Source of the DNA: Bdellovibrionota bacterium
GTDB lineage: Bacteria > Bdellovibrionota > UBA1018 > CAIPTA01 > JAALKR01
Length of the DNA: 64,000 nucleotides
Direction of reading: 5' to 3'
Assembly (NCBI GenBank): GCA_965207455.1
Contig: CBDBMJ010000003.1
Span: 281,838 to 345,837, forward strand
Shown here one piece after another: positions 55,339 through 64,000 of this stretch. Position numbers and translations under genes: made by a program. The number at the start of each line of letters is the position of its first letter. Positions within the stretch are counted from its first letter, which is position 1. Under the pieces are notes generated by a model. That model was not told the origin of the DNA and made no database searches. It saw nothing but the letters and a program-made list of their open reading frames with translations.

Positions 55339-56882
55339 GTGTTCAGAGAAATAGTTCGTACTTTTGTAATTCTAATAATCATATTCTTTTCACTCACTCC
55401 ATCTTTTGCTCAAACAGCAAAGGCCGAAGCAACTGTCGCATTAAAGAAAGCTTATGGACCTTGGTACAAGTATCACGAGGTGGGGAAGGCTCTCCTGTGC
55501 AAAATTGGTATTGAGCCTGGGACTTCAAACTCTGGTTTATCTTCTCCAGACACAAGCAAAATTAAAAAAGAAGTAAAGAGATTGTCAGGAAAAGAAGTAC
55601 TCTCGGTTGATTTTCATAATACAGTCCAAGAATATTCTGGCGGGTATGAGAAAAGCGTCCATCTATCGCTTCAGCATTCTCACCCCTTAAGCATCAATAT
55701 TGTTTCTGAGTTTGATTCCTCTGGTGTACAGAGTTCTACTCCGTATTCGATTCTAACTGTGATTTCGCCGGTGCCACGATCTGGGAATACGACGATCAAA
55801 GAAAAAAGGTTCTTACAAATTTTGATTCAACCGGTAATATTGCTCAAATCATTTACACAAACAGAGAGGCACTCTCGCTTGAAGAAATTTATGGCAATAA
55901 TAAACATCACAGGTCATTTAGCGAGTTAGCCGAGGTTGCTACAAGAACTGATCGTATATTGGTCACAATATTCGATACAGGCGTAGACTATAATCATCCC
56001 GATCTTGCGTACAAAATCCATAATATGCCTATTGATAAATTGACAAGAGAATCAAATAAACAAAAGGAAAATATACTTGAAAGTGAAATACAAAAGCTGC
56101 AATCTACGGGTGAGCACGAATCTAAATTAGCAGACCTTTATAAAGAACTTCAAAAAATTAGTGTCGGGTGGGACTTTAAGGATAAAGACAATAAACCCTA
56201 TGATTACGCCTTCGATTTCGCCTCCCTCTCTCACGGTACCCCCATTGCTGGTATAGCATCTAAAGAAAGTGATGACATCTCAATATTGCCCATAAGACTC
56301 TCATTTTCTGAAGCAAAAATATTTTATAAAGCAATTGAATTAGCTCATAGCAGGGGTTCGAGGATTGTTAATATGAGTTTTGGAGGCTTTGATAAAGATA
56401 GTGATAATATGAAGTTTCTAGACACTGCGATGAAAGATAACCCTGATATGCTTTTCGTTGTTGTTGCAGGAAACGACGGCGAGGACCTGGCTAATAGACC
56501 TACATATCCAGCGGCTTCTGATTACTCGAATGTGATTGTTGTGGCATCCGTTGACGAGAATAATGAGCTCTCAGATTTTTCAAGTTATAATAAAACTATG
56601 ATTGATATTGCCGCTCTTGGTAGAGATGTGCTTTCTCCTGAACCTGGAAATACTTATAATAAACGATCTGGAACTTCCTTTGCAGCACCTCAAGTTACTA
56701 GAGTTGCCGCTAAAGTAAAATTTATTAATCCAGATTTAACTCCAGAACAAATTATTGCCATCATTAGAGATAGCGTTACCCCAATAGAATCCTTAAAAGA
56801 TACGGTTACGTTTGGTGGTGTTCTTAACGAAGAAAAAGCAATAGAGTTAGCTAAAATGACTTTGCAACAATCTCCGTCATAA
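55339..56882 (+). pseudogene. frameshifted S8 subtilisin-like protease (ORFs 55339..55929 and 55959..56882)
   Basis: signal peptide in the first ORF; catalytic frame open from 55716 with DTG, HGT, AGN, GTSFA but no signal peptide or clear start. Confidence 0.7.
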
Positions 56883-57003
56883 TGCGCCTCACCAATACAA
56901 TGCCCTGCAAAATGCCATGCTATCTGAGCCACAAATGTCTGTTAAAGAATAAGAACAAAAAATCTTACTATACTACTGACCCCATGATTAATTGGAAAAT
57001 TGA

Positions 57004-58131
57004 TTATGGGGTTGGACTTATCACTTTTGGACTGAACTTTTTCTCTAAAATAACATTCACAACAGAGCTCACTGCAATTAATAACAGCACAACGCTTGCC
57101 AGTTCTTTAGAAATAATTTCTTTTTCTATGGCGTAGATCGCACCCACGATGCCAAAGCTCAATCGATAGTTAAACAGTATGCCGCCGTACAGAGGGAAAT
57201 CTTTATCTTTCTTAAAAATAAAGGCAATGGAGTACTGTGTGGCTAGCTGTTTAGAAATAAACGCCACAGAGCCTAGTATTAAAAAGAGTAGAACGGAATG
57301 GCCGGTGAGAGAATCAAAGACAATTAAAGTGCCTGCATGAAAAAAGAATAGGGGAGCGAGGAGGCTATATACCACTGCTGATAATTTTGCAATAATCTCC
57401 TCATGCTCTGGATCTATGTCGGATAGGGTCATCCCCAGCAAAAAAGCAACAATTGCGCCATGGAGTCCGGCGCCTTCTGCAATCAATCCAATCACAGGCA
57501 GGAGCAATAGTATGGTCTTTAGTTCCAGCTCGGCACGGTTGCCCTGGTATTTATTAAATACAAAGATAATAATTTTTTTAGAGAACCAGAAAATGGTGGC
57601 TAGGCCCAGTAAAAAGATAGCGTTTTGAATTGTATATTCAAAGAGAGTGACTCCGAGAACAAGCATGGATAACATATCCACCACCATGGCAGCACCAAGA
57701 AATATTTGTCCCTGCAAACTATGGAGGGTATTCCTGTCCCTTAAAATCATAAAAATTATAGCCAGTGATGTTGTGGACAAGCAAGCCCCAATAACAAGAC
57801 TCTGTTTTACGGTAAGCCCGATAAGCAAACAAGTAACTGTTAATAATAAGTAAGGAACAAAAAAGGAATTGCACCCAATGAATAGGTTCGCTTTCAGATT
57901 TTTTTTAAGAATTTTTATATCTATCTCAAACCCGGCCAAAAACATAATGGAGAGCAAGCCCAGCTGGGAAAATAGTTCCATCCAACCTGTCTCATCGGAG
58001 CTAAGAAAAGCGCCGCCAATAATGCCAGCAATAAATTCACCGACGGCAACGGGAAGGGAAAATTCCAGGCACACAAAGCCAGAACTGACGATAAGTAAGG
58101 GAACTAATAATTGTTTAAAACTCATCCACAT
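57004..58131 (-). CDS. cation:proton antiporter (CPA2/Kef-type, no KTN domain)
   Basis: GLLSIMFLAGFEID, STTS, AAMVVDM, GAIVAFLLG, PLFFFHAG. Confidence 0.88.
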   Translation of the reverse strand: MWMSFKQLLVPLLIVSSGFVCLEFSLPVAVGEFIAGIIGGAFLSSDETGWMELFSQLGLLSIMFLAGFEIDIKILKKNLKANLFIGCNSFFVPYLLLTVTCLLIGLTVKQSLVIGACLSTTSLAIIFMILRDRNTLHSLQGQIFLGAAMVVDMLSMLVLGVTLFEYTIQNAIFLLGLATIFWFSKKIIIFVFNKYQGNRAELELKTILLLLPVIGLIAEGAGLHGAIVAFLLGMTLSDIDPEHEEIIAKLSAVVYSLLAPLFFFHAGTLIVFDSLTGHSVLLFLILGSVAFISKQLATQYSIAFIFKKDKDFPLYGGILFNYRLSFGIVGAIYAIEKEIISKELASVVLLLIAVSSVVNVILEKKFSPKVISPTP

Positions 58132-58200
58132 GGAAGAAATCCCCTCGTTACTTCTATGTTTCCACAGTCGGGGTGAATAGAAAACAAAAAAGAATTTTTT

Positions 58201-59163
58201 TTAAAAAAAGATAGAGGCAGCTCGCCGTAATCGGTCCCATATCGCCTCCCATCTATCCCCATTCATAAATTCTTCCTTATGGGTATACAAAAAATCAACC
58301 TCTGTGCTGGATAGTTCGTGGAGTTGACTATAGAGGAACCTAGCCGCTATTTGCGGATCCTTGTTTAGGATCAGTTCTGCTCCTTGGGCAGAGGCAGATA
58401 GATTTAATTTTTCTAGGATCTCTGGCAGTGGCGATTGCGAATTTGTAAGAACCACCAAGGGCTTTATGGGTTGGTAGTGTTGGGCAAGGTGACCCGGGCT
58501 AGCCACGCTATTTTTTGCTTCCTCCACTCGCACTGAGCCCTGATAATCTTCTAAGTGTTTTCTTACATCGTTTGTGGTGATCACGCCTGGTCGTAGTACG
58601 GATATTTTTTCGTTCTTTTCCTCATCCGTGCCTTTTGGGGTGTGGATTTGAATAACCGTGGACTCTATTCCAACGGAAGAAGCCCCTCCGTCCAATATAT
58701 AGAGTTCTGGAAATACTTTTTTTACATGGTCGAAACATGTGGGGCTCGTCTTTCCAAACTTATTTGCACTGGGAGCTGCCAACGGCTTACCCACATATTT
58801 TAGTAATGCCCTAGCCATGGGGTGGGCAGGCACACGAACAGCAACCGTATCTAGTCCCGCTGTAATTAGGGAATTTAGAGTCTTTTTTTTGGGCAACACC
58901 ATGGTCAATGGTCCTGGCCAAAACTTTTTCGCAATAAATTCTGCCAAGGGCAGCCACCTATCCACCACCTCGCCCACTTGCTCTTTGCTATATAGATGAA
59001 CAATTAGAGGATCAAAAAGGGGGCGCTCCTTTATAGCAAAAATTTCCCGCAGCCCTTTTTCACTGGAGGCTAGGGCCGCAAGACCGTAGACCGTTTCCGT
59101 CGGCAGCCCAATAATACCGTCGCTCTCTAAAATTCTCTTGGCTGTTTCTAAACTTTGCTCCAT
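58201..59163 (-). CDS. sua5: L-threonylcarbamoyladenylate synthase (Sua5-type)
   Basis: PTETVYGLAA, KERP.FDPLIVH, FWPGPLT, AAPSAN, GIESTV, SPG...HY, DRLRRAA. Confidence 0.95.
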   Translation of the reverse strand: MEQSLETAKRILESDGIIGLPTETVYGLAALASSEKGLREIFAIKERPLFDPLIVHLYSKEQVGEVVDRWLPLAEFIAKKFWPGPLTMVLPKKKTLNSLITAGLDTVAVRVPAHPMARALLKYVGKPLAAPSANKFGKTSPTCFDHVKKVFPELYILDGGASSVGIESTVIQIHTPKGTDEEKNEKISVLRPGVITTNDVRKHLEDYQGSVRVEEAKNSVASPGHLAQHYQPIKPLVVLTNSQSPLPEILEKLNLSASAQGAELILNKDPQIAARFLYSQLHELSSTEVDFLYTHKEEFMNGDRWEAIWDRLRRAASIFF

Positions 59164-59261
59164 AGGTAGGGAGCCTACCCTAAAAATGCTCGTAAGCAAA
59201 AGCCCTTTGCGGTGATATGAGTCTTTCCAGTGCTTACGTTTTGGGATAAAGAAACTATTAG

Positions 59262-59714
59262 ATGTATTCTTTTTTACCCCATCGAATTTCTGTGGCAGAG
59301 ACGGACCTCATGGGAATTCTCCACCACAGTAACCACATCAATTTATTGGAGCGAGGAAGAATTGAATTTATGCGTCAAATTGATATAAGCTACGCAGCCA
59401 TTTCTAAAAATGGTTCCCATTTTCCCGTTCTCGATTTGGGGTGTCAGTATCGCTCTCCCATACATTTCGACGAGATTGCTTTGATTGAAACCCACCTATC
59501 TTTTATCAGCCCGTCCAGAATGGCTTTCTCCTACCGCATACTTGGAGGCACAGGCCTATCCCAGATAGATTTATCCCCATCGCCCCACGCAACAGGAAAA
59601 CTTTTAGCGACTGCCTCCACCGAGCATTGCTGCGTTACGGAAGAAGGGCGACCCAAGCGAATCCCCGGTAACCTATTAAAAATATTTGCAAAATATTGTG
59701 TCGAGGACCGATGA
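59262..59714 (+). CDS. hotdog-fold acyl-CoA thioesterase (YbgC/4HBT class I)
   Basis: ETDLMGILHHSN, ERGRIEF, YRSP..FD, GRPKRIP. Confidence 0.88.
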   Translation: MYSFLPHRISVAETDLMGILHHSNHINLLERGRIEFMRQIDISYAAISKNGSHFPVLDLGCQYRSPIHFDEIALIETHLSFISPSRMAFSYRILGGTGLSQIDLSPSPHATGKLLATASTEHCCVTEEGRPKRIPGNLLKIFAKYCVEDR

Positions 59715-60460
59715 TTACCATAAAATCTAGTCGAGAAATAGAGCTAATGCGAAGTGCGGGACGGTTAGCCGCAGAGTGCCTTTCCGAGATGGGAAAACTT
59801 ATTGCTCCTGGCATAACCCCACTGGAAATTGACAAGGCTTGCTATGACTGGACCCTAGCACGAAACGCTGTGCCTGCTCCCCTAAACTATCGGGGCTTTC
59901 CCAACAGCTTATGCGTTTCTATAAACGATGTGGTTTGCCACGGTATTCCCGACAAGCGTCCATTCAAAGACGGTGACATTGTTAATTTGGATGTTACACC
60001 CAAGCTTCAGGGTTACCACGGAGACACGAACCGCACCTTTTGTGTGGGAAATGTTTCCCAAGAAGCTAGGGATTTAATTTCTCACACAGAGAGGGCCATG
60101 TGGGAGGGAATTCGTGTGGTTCGACCGGGAGCTACTGTGGGAGATATTGGTCATGCCATTGCCTCCTTCACAAAAAAGAAAAAATATTCCATTGTTGTGG
60201 AGTACTGTGGTCATGGAATTGGACAAGAGTTCCACGAAGATCCGATCATTGTTCATGTGGGAACTCCGGGGAGGGGTCCTGTATTAAAAGAAGGAATGAC
60301 CTTTACCGTTGAACCCATGATCAATATAGGTTCTCGCCATATAAAATTAGCCGACGACGGTTGGACCGTCCACACCATAGACGGATCCCTGTCTGCTCAA
60401 TTTGAACATACCCTGCTAGTAACCTCCGATGGTTATGAAGTGCTCACACTACTGGACTAA
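59711..60460 (+). CDS. map: type I methionine aminopeptidase
   Basis: CVSINDVVCHGIP, GDIVNLDVT, HGDT, GHGIG.EFHE, EPMIN, SAQFEHT. Confidence 0.97.
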   Translation: MITIKSSREIELMRSAGRLAAECLSEMGKLIAPGITPLEIDKACYDWTLARNAVPAPLNYRGFPNSLCVSINDVVCHGIPDKRPFKDGDIVNLDVTPKLQGYHGDTNRTFCVGNVSQEARDLISHTERAMWEGIRVVRPGATVGDIGHAIASFTKKKKYSIVVEYCGHGIGQEFHEDPIIVHVGTPGRGPVLKEGMTFTVEPMINIGSRHIKLADDGWTVHTIDGSLSAQFEHTLLVTSDGYEVLTLLD

Positions 60461-60471
60461 ACGAGGAAATT

Positions 60472-61761
60472 TTGACTATCTCTTTCCGACGAACAGATTG
60501 GCCACAAAATAGAAAAGACACCATTTCATTTGTTAGCTCCTTATTAAGGGATCATAAACAACAGAATCCTCTTTTTTTTCTACTCTCTCAAGACCAAGAG
60601 CTTTCCCTTGCTTGGGGATCGGTTCACACCGTTTTTGCTTCTGGAGAAAATCGAACGGATCAGTTGCGGGAAAAAATACATCATTGCGAACAAGGTATGG
60701 ATTCTTCCATACCTCCTTGGTTTGGTGGTCTCTCTTTTTTTTCTGCCCCTTCGAAAAACAAAAAAGATATATGGGAAGATTTTCCCAATAGCGTCTTTTT
60801 TCTTCCAAAAAACTTTATTCATTTCTCCCCGAATAATGAAAATGGCTATGCCCTATCGATGGAAAAAGACATGCCTAACTGGAATAAAGCACAGGAAAAG
60901 ACTTCTCCCATGGGTTTTGGCAACCCTGTGGATCAAGATCAGGACAAAGAACAATGGGGGCAATTATTTCAATCCGCTGCCACGTTGCTGGAGGAAGGGA
61001 GGATAAAAAAAATTGTCCTTTCCCAGAAAAAGACATTTCAAATACTAGAGAAGGCTTCTCTAGAAAATTATTGGAAACATTTTTATCCCCTGCTCGATTC
61101 CTCTCCCCACACAAATCTATTTTGCTTTCTCTGGAAAGATTCCCTGTTTATGGGTTTAAGTCCAGAGCATTTATTTCTTCTGGAGGAAAAAACCTTATCG
61201 GTTCCGGCTATTGCTGGCACGGCTTCACGAGGAGCCTCTCCTACCGAAGACAAGGAACTAGAAAAAAAATTACTCGCTTCCTCTAAAGAGCGCCTAGAGC
61301 ACGATATTGTGGTTCAATGGATTCAAAAAAAATTTGCTGGGTTCGGAAAAAAATTTCCCCACTGTGTGCCTAAGATTTTAAAATTGCAGCACATCCAACA
61401 CCTATACACAAACCACCAAGCTATTTTGGAAGAAAACCCAGACCCCTGGGATTTATTAAAAGCATTTCACCCCACGCCTGCCATGTGCGGGCATCCTCAA
61501 AAAAAAGCTCTCGCCTTTTTGGCCGACAAAGAAAACTATAACAGGGGGCTATACGCCTCTCCCATTGGTTACGTTTCTCCTCGACAGCACAAGGCACGCT
61601 TCGTAATTGGTATTCGTTCTGCTCTCGCACAAAAAGAGCAAGTCCATGTTTTTGGAGGAGCAGGAATTGTGCCCAATTCCCAAGTGCAAGAAGAATGGAG
61701 AGAAATAAATAAAAAAATGCGTCCCGCTGTGGACATTTTCACTCGAGGTAACCATGGATAA
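60472..61761 (+). CDS. menF: isochorismate synthase
   Basis: KIVLS, SPE, AIAGT, KERLEH, QHL, HPTPAMCG, RGLYA, IRSA, GAGIV; upstream of menD. Confidence 0.9.
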   Translation: MTISFRRTDWPQNRKDTISFVSSLLRDHKQQNPLFFLLSQDQELSLAWGSVHTVFASGENRTDQLREKIHHCEQGMDSSIPPWFGGLSFFSAPSKNKKDIWEDFPNSVFFLPKNFIHFSPNNENGYALSMEKDMPNWNKAQEKTSPMGFGNPVDQDQDKEQWGQLFQSAATLLEEGRIKKIVLSQKKTFQILEKASLENYWKHFYPLLDSSPHTNLFCFLWKDSLFMGLSPEHLFLLEEKTLSVPAIAGTASRGASPTEDKELEKKLLASSKERLEHDIVVQWIQKKFAGFGKKFPHCVPKILKLQHIQHLYTNHQAILEENPDPWDLLKAFHPTPAMCGHPQKKALAFLADKENYNRGLYASPIGYVSPRQHKARFVIGIRSALAQKEQVHVFGGAGIVPNSQVQEEWREINKKMRPAVDIFTRGNHG

Positions 61762-63451
61762 CTGGGGAATTTTTCAAGCACAGTGGGCTTTTTCTGCTCT
61801 CGACGGGTTAAGCAAAGCTGGAGTGCGCACCGTATGTGCCGCACCTGGATTTCGAAATTCCCCTTTGATTCTGGCAGCAAAAACAAATCCCAATATTCGT
61901 TGTGAATTAGCTGTGGACGAGAGAGGGCTTGCTTTTTTTGCTCTTGGGATAGCAAAAAGCACATCCACGCCTGTGGTGGTTTTGTGTACCTCGGGCACTG
62001 CCGCTGCAAATTTACATCCCGCTATTTTAGAAGCTTACTACGATGATGTGCCACTGATCGTTATCACTGCCGATAGGCCCCATGAACTTATTGGTAGTGG
62101 TGCGAACCAAACCATGGATCAGATGCATTTATTTGGAAAGCACGTTCGATTTTTCCAAAACATTCCCGTTCCTGAAACTTTTAGCGATTTCCAGTACCGG
62201 TTTTTAGCTCAAATGATGAATAAGGCTTATTGTTTTTCCATGGGTCCTAGTCCGGGCCCTGTGCATATCAATATGTCATTCAGAGAGCCGCTCCTACCCG
62301 AAAGTGAGCAAGAATTCTCTTTGCCTTCTCACACTTATGACGATTTTCCCTTCTCCCCTACTTTAGCTATTTGTCCTAAGCGAGCTAAAGAAGCGGCTAC
62401 GCTTATGTCCTCCAGTAAAAATCCTGTTTTTCTTTTGGGTCCGGGTCACTATACGGAAGATTTTTTTCAAGTTATTGTCCGTATGGGAGAAGCTCTTTCC
62501 TGCCCTGTAATTGCAGAAGCGGCTAGTGGACTCCCCTTCAGCTACGCTGCTCAAAAAACAAAAAATATTATCATCGCTAACGACAGTACCATAAAACCGC
62601 TGACTCAAATCTTTTCGCCGGACTTACTAGTTCGTTTTGGTCGTCCCATGACCAGCAAATTATTCCAAACCTGGGATAATAAAAATATAAAAACATTACT
62701 TTTCGATAGGGGAACAGAGGTGCGAAATCCTTCCTATTCTCCTAGCATGCATTTCAATGGTCCCTTGGAGGGATGGGGCAAGGAAGTGCTCCGTTACCTA
62801 CCGACAGTAAAAAATCCTTTGGGATGGAAGGAAGAGCTTTCCCAAGGAATTCAACAAGAAACTCAAAAGATAAATGCTTCCATTTCCAAGCAAACAAAAC
62901 TAACGGAATGGTTTATCAGTAATTACCTTTCTTGTAATAATGAGCACACCACAGCGAATTTATTTCTCGGCAACAGTATGCCCATACGGGATTTTAACTC
63001 CACTTGCACGCGCTACGGAATAAAAAAAATGCGAATTTTTCATAACCGGGGGCTTAGTGGTATTGATGGAATACTTTCCACTGCAATGGGCGTTGCACTA
63101 AATAAAGGCCAACAAGAAAAAACAACACTCCTGTACGGAGACCTTTCCGCCCTTCATGATCTCAATGCCTTTGCTTTGTTAAAAAAAATGGAGTCGAGAC
63201 TAAACATGACTGTTATTTTAATTAATAACAACGGAGGAGAAATTTTCCGTCAAGTGGCCACAAATTATCCAGAGGATTGGTTTGTCCTGCCGATGGAAAT
63301 AGACTTTCAAAAAATTATCCAGGGTTTTGGATTAGCTTATTATAAAACAGACTGTCCAAAAGATTTTGCACGCGCAGTGAACAGTGACGGTGTGCAGGTA
63401 ATAGAAGCCATCTGCTCCAGTCCCCACAACCAGTCCGTTCGGAATATATAG
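61754..63451 (+). CDS. menD: SEPHCHC synthase
   Basis: PGFRNSPL, DERGLAFFALG, CTSGTAAAN, GANQT, GNSMPIRD, NRGLSGIDG, GDLSALHD, NNNGGEIF. Confidence 0.96.
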   Translation: MDNWGIFQAQWAFSALDGLSKAGVRTVCAAPGFRNSPLILAAKTNPNIRCELAVDERGLAFFALGIAKSTSTPVVVLCTSGTAAANLHPAILEAYYDDVPLIVITADRPHELIGSGANQTMDQMHLFGKHVRFFQNIPVPETFSDFQYRFLAQMMNKAYCFSMGPSPGPVHINMSFREPLLPESEQEFSLPSHTYDDFPFSPTLAICPKRAKEAATLMSSSKNPVFLLGPGHYTEDFFQVIVRMGEALSCPVIAEAASGLPFSYAAQKTKNIIIANDSTIKPLTQIFSPDLLVRFGRPMTSKLFQTWDNKNIKTLLFDRGTEVRNPSYSPSMHFNGPLEGWGKEVLRYLPTVKNPLGWKEELSQGIQQETQKINASISKQTKLTEWFISNYLSCNNEHTTANLFLGNSMPIRDFNSTCTRYGIKKMRIFHNRGLSGIDGILSTAMGVALNKGQQEKTTLLYGDLSALHDLNAFALLKKMESRLNMTVILINNNGGEIFRQVATNYPEDWFVLPMEIDFQKIIQGFGLAYYKTDCPKDFARAVNSDGVQVIEAICSSPHNQSVRNI

Positions 63452-63456
63452 AGGAT

Positions 63457-64000
63457 ATGAAGAAACAAATTATTTTTTTTCACGGCTTTGGCGGCAAGGA
63501 TTCGGATTGGAATTCTGTTATTTCCTTCCTTCCTTATACCGCTCACAGCCTGCTCCTACCCGGACACGCAAGTGCCCCCAGCCTAGAGGATTTAAATATA
63601 CATACTCCCATGGACATGGGAAAATATTTAGCAGAAAAAATAACAAGGCTGGTATCCGGCAAGGTTTATTTATGCGGTTATTCCATGGGAGGGAGGCTTG
63701 CCACACTTACAGCGGAGCATTTGCCTATGGTTCTGGGTTTAGGTTTAATCTCCAGTGGTGCGGGGGAAAATACACAGCGACAGCTCTCCGACCAAAGATG
63801 GGCCAATTTGTTGCGGAAAAACAAAGCTCGCTTCTGGAAAGAATGGTTAGGGCAAACACTTTTTTCCTCCCTTCGTCGCGACGCACAGTTATCAGAGCGC
63901 TGGCTCGAGGAAAGAATGTGTCACGATCCTCAGTCCCTTGCCCAAGTTTTAGAAAAGCTTAGCCCCTCTGCCCATCCGTCGCTCTTAAAGTACTGGCACA
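63457..64000 (+). CDS. menH: SHCHC synthase-like alpha/beta hydrolase (runs off window end)
   Basis: ATG 63457 after GAGG; MKKQIIFFHGFGG...LPGH...CGYSMGGRLA; directly after menD; not in ORF track because it is truncated. Confidence 0.8.
   Translation, partial: MKKQIIFFHGFGGKDSDWNSVISFLPYTAHSLLLPGHASAPSLEDLNIHTPMDMGKYLAEKITRLVSGKVYLCGYSMGGRLATLTAEHLPMVLGLGLISSGAGENTQRQLSDQRWANLLRKNKARFWKEWLGQTLFSSLRRDAQLSERWLEERMCHDPQSLAQVLEKLSPSAHPSLLKYWH

Noticed and set aside
55800-55810. Programmed -1 frameshift at AAAAAAG in the subtilase
   Set aside because: The heptamer is phased A_AAA_AAG in the downstream frame, not the upstream frame, so it is not a valid slippery site
200-63706. Numerous 60-146 aa ORFs antisense or out-of-frame within larger genes
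   Set aside because: Shadow ORFs of well-supported genes, with no motifs or RBS evidence
63507-63962. 151-aa ORF in the ORF track
   Set aside because: Alternate frame of menH, which starts at 63457 and runs off the window

Overview
Bacterial chromosomal segment, low-to-moderate GC; the gene styles (GMSL-type prepilin protein, TNGHC trypsins, GYF-TM-TPR protein) suggest a Bdellovibrionota-like organism (inference only). From the left: the start of a canonical nuoA-B-C operon, preceded on the same (-) strand by an intact but highly diverged 12-gene complex-I-like operon (A-B-C-D-H-I-J-K-L-M-M-N). That operon has no NuoEFG, two NuoM copies and intact Fe-S ligands, but most quinone-site and proton-axis charged residues appear lost. 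Next come mfd, two SurA/PpiC chaperones, a TPR protein and serS; a 1.66-kaa lipoprotein (EEP nuclease/phosphatase + 10 Cys-paired repeats + metzincin); argR/argGH with ARG boxes; and a HepT/MntA pair. A nested IS pile (IS903-group inside ISL3, plus IS3 and ISL3 remnants) abuts tRNA-Ser(TGA). The tRNA is followed by an array of ~170-bp highly structured repeats ending in the tRNA 3' end and separated by unique 53-54-bp spacers. The right half holds grx-CDO-esterase-tldDE, a membrane spermidine-synthase-like operon, prepilin and pentapeptide genes, nrdAB, duplicated trypsins around an orphan DNA MTase, a frameshifted subtilase, a CPA2 antiporter, sua5, and thioesterase-map-menF-menD-menH. All calls are by eye from sequence motifs; no searches were run.
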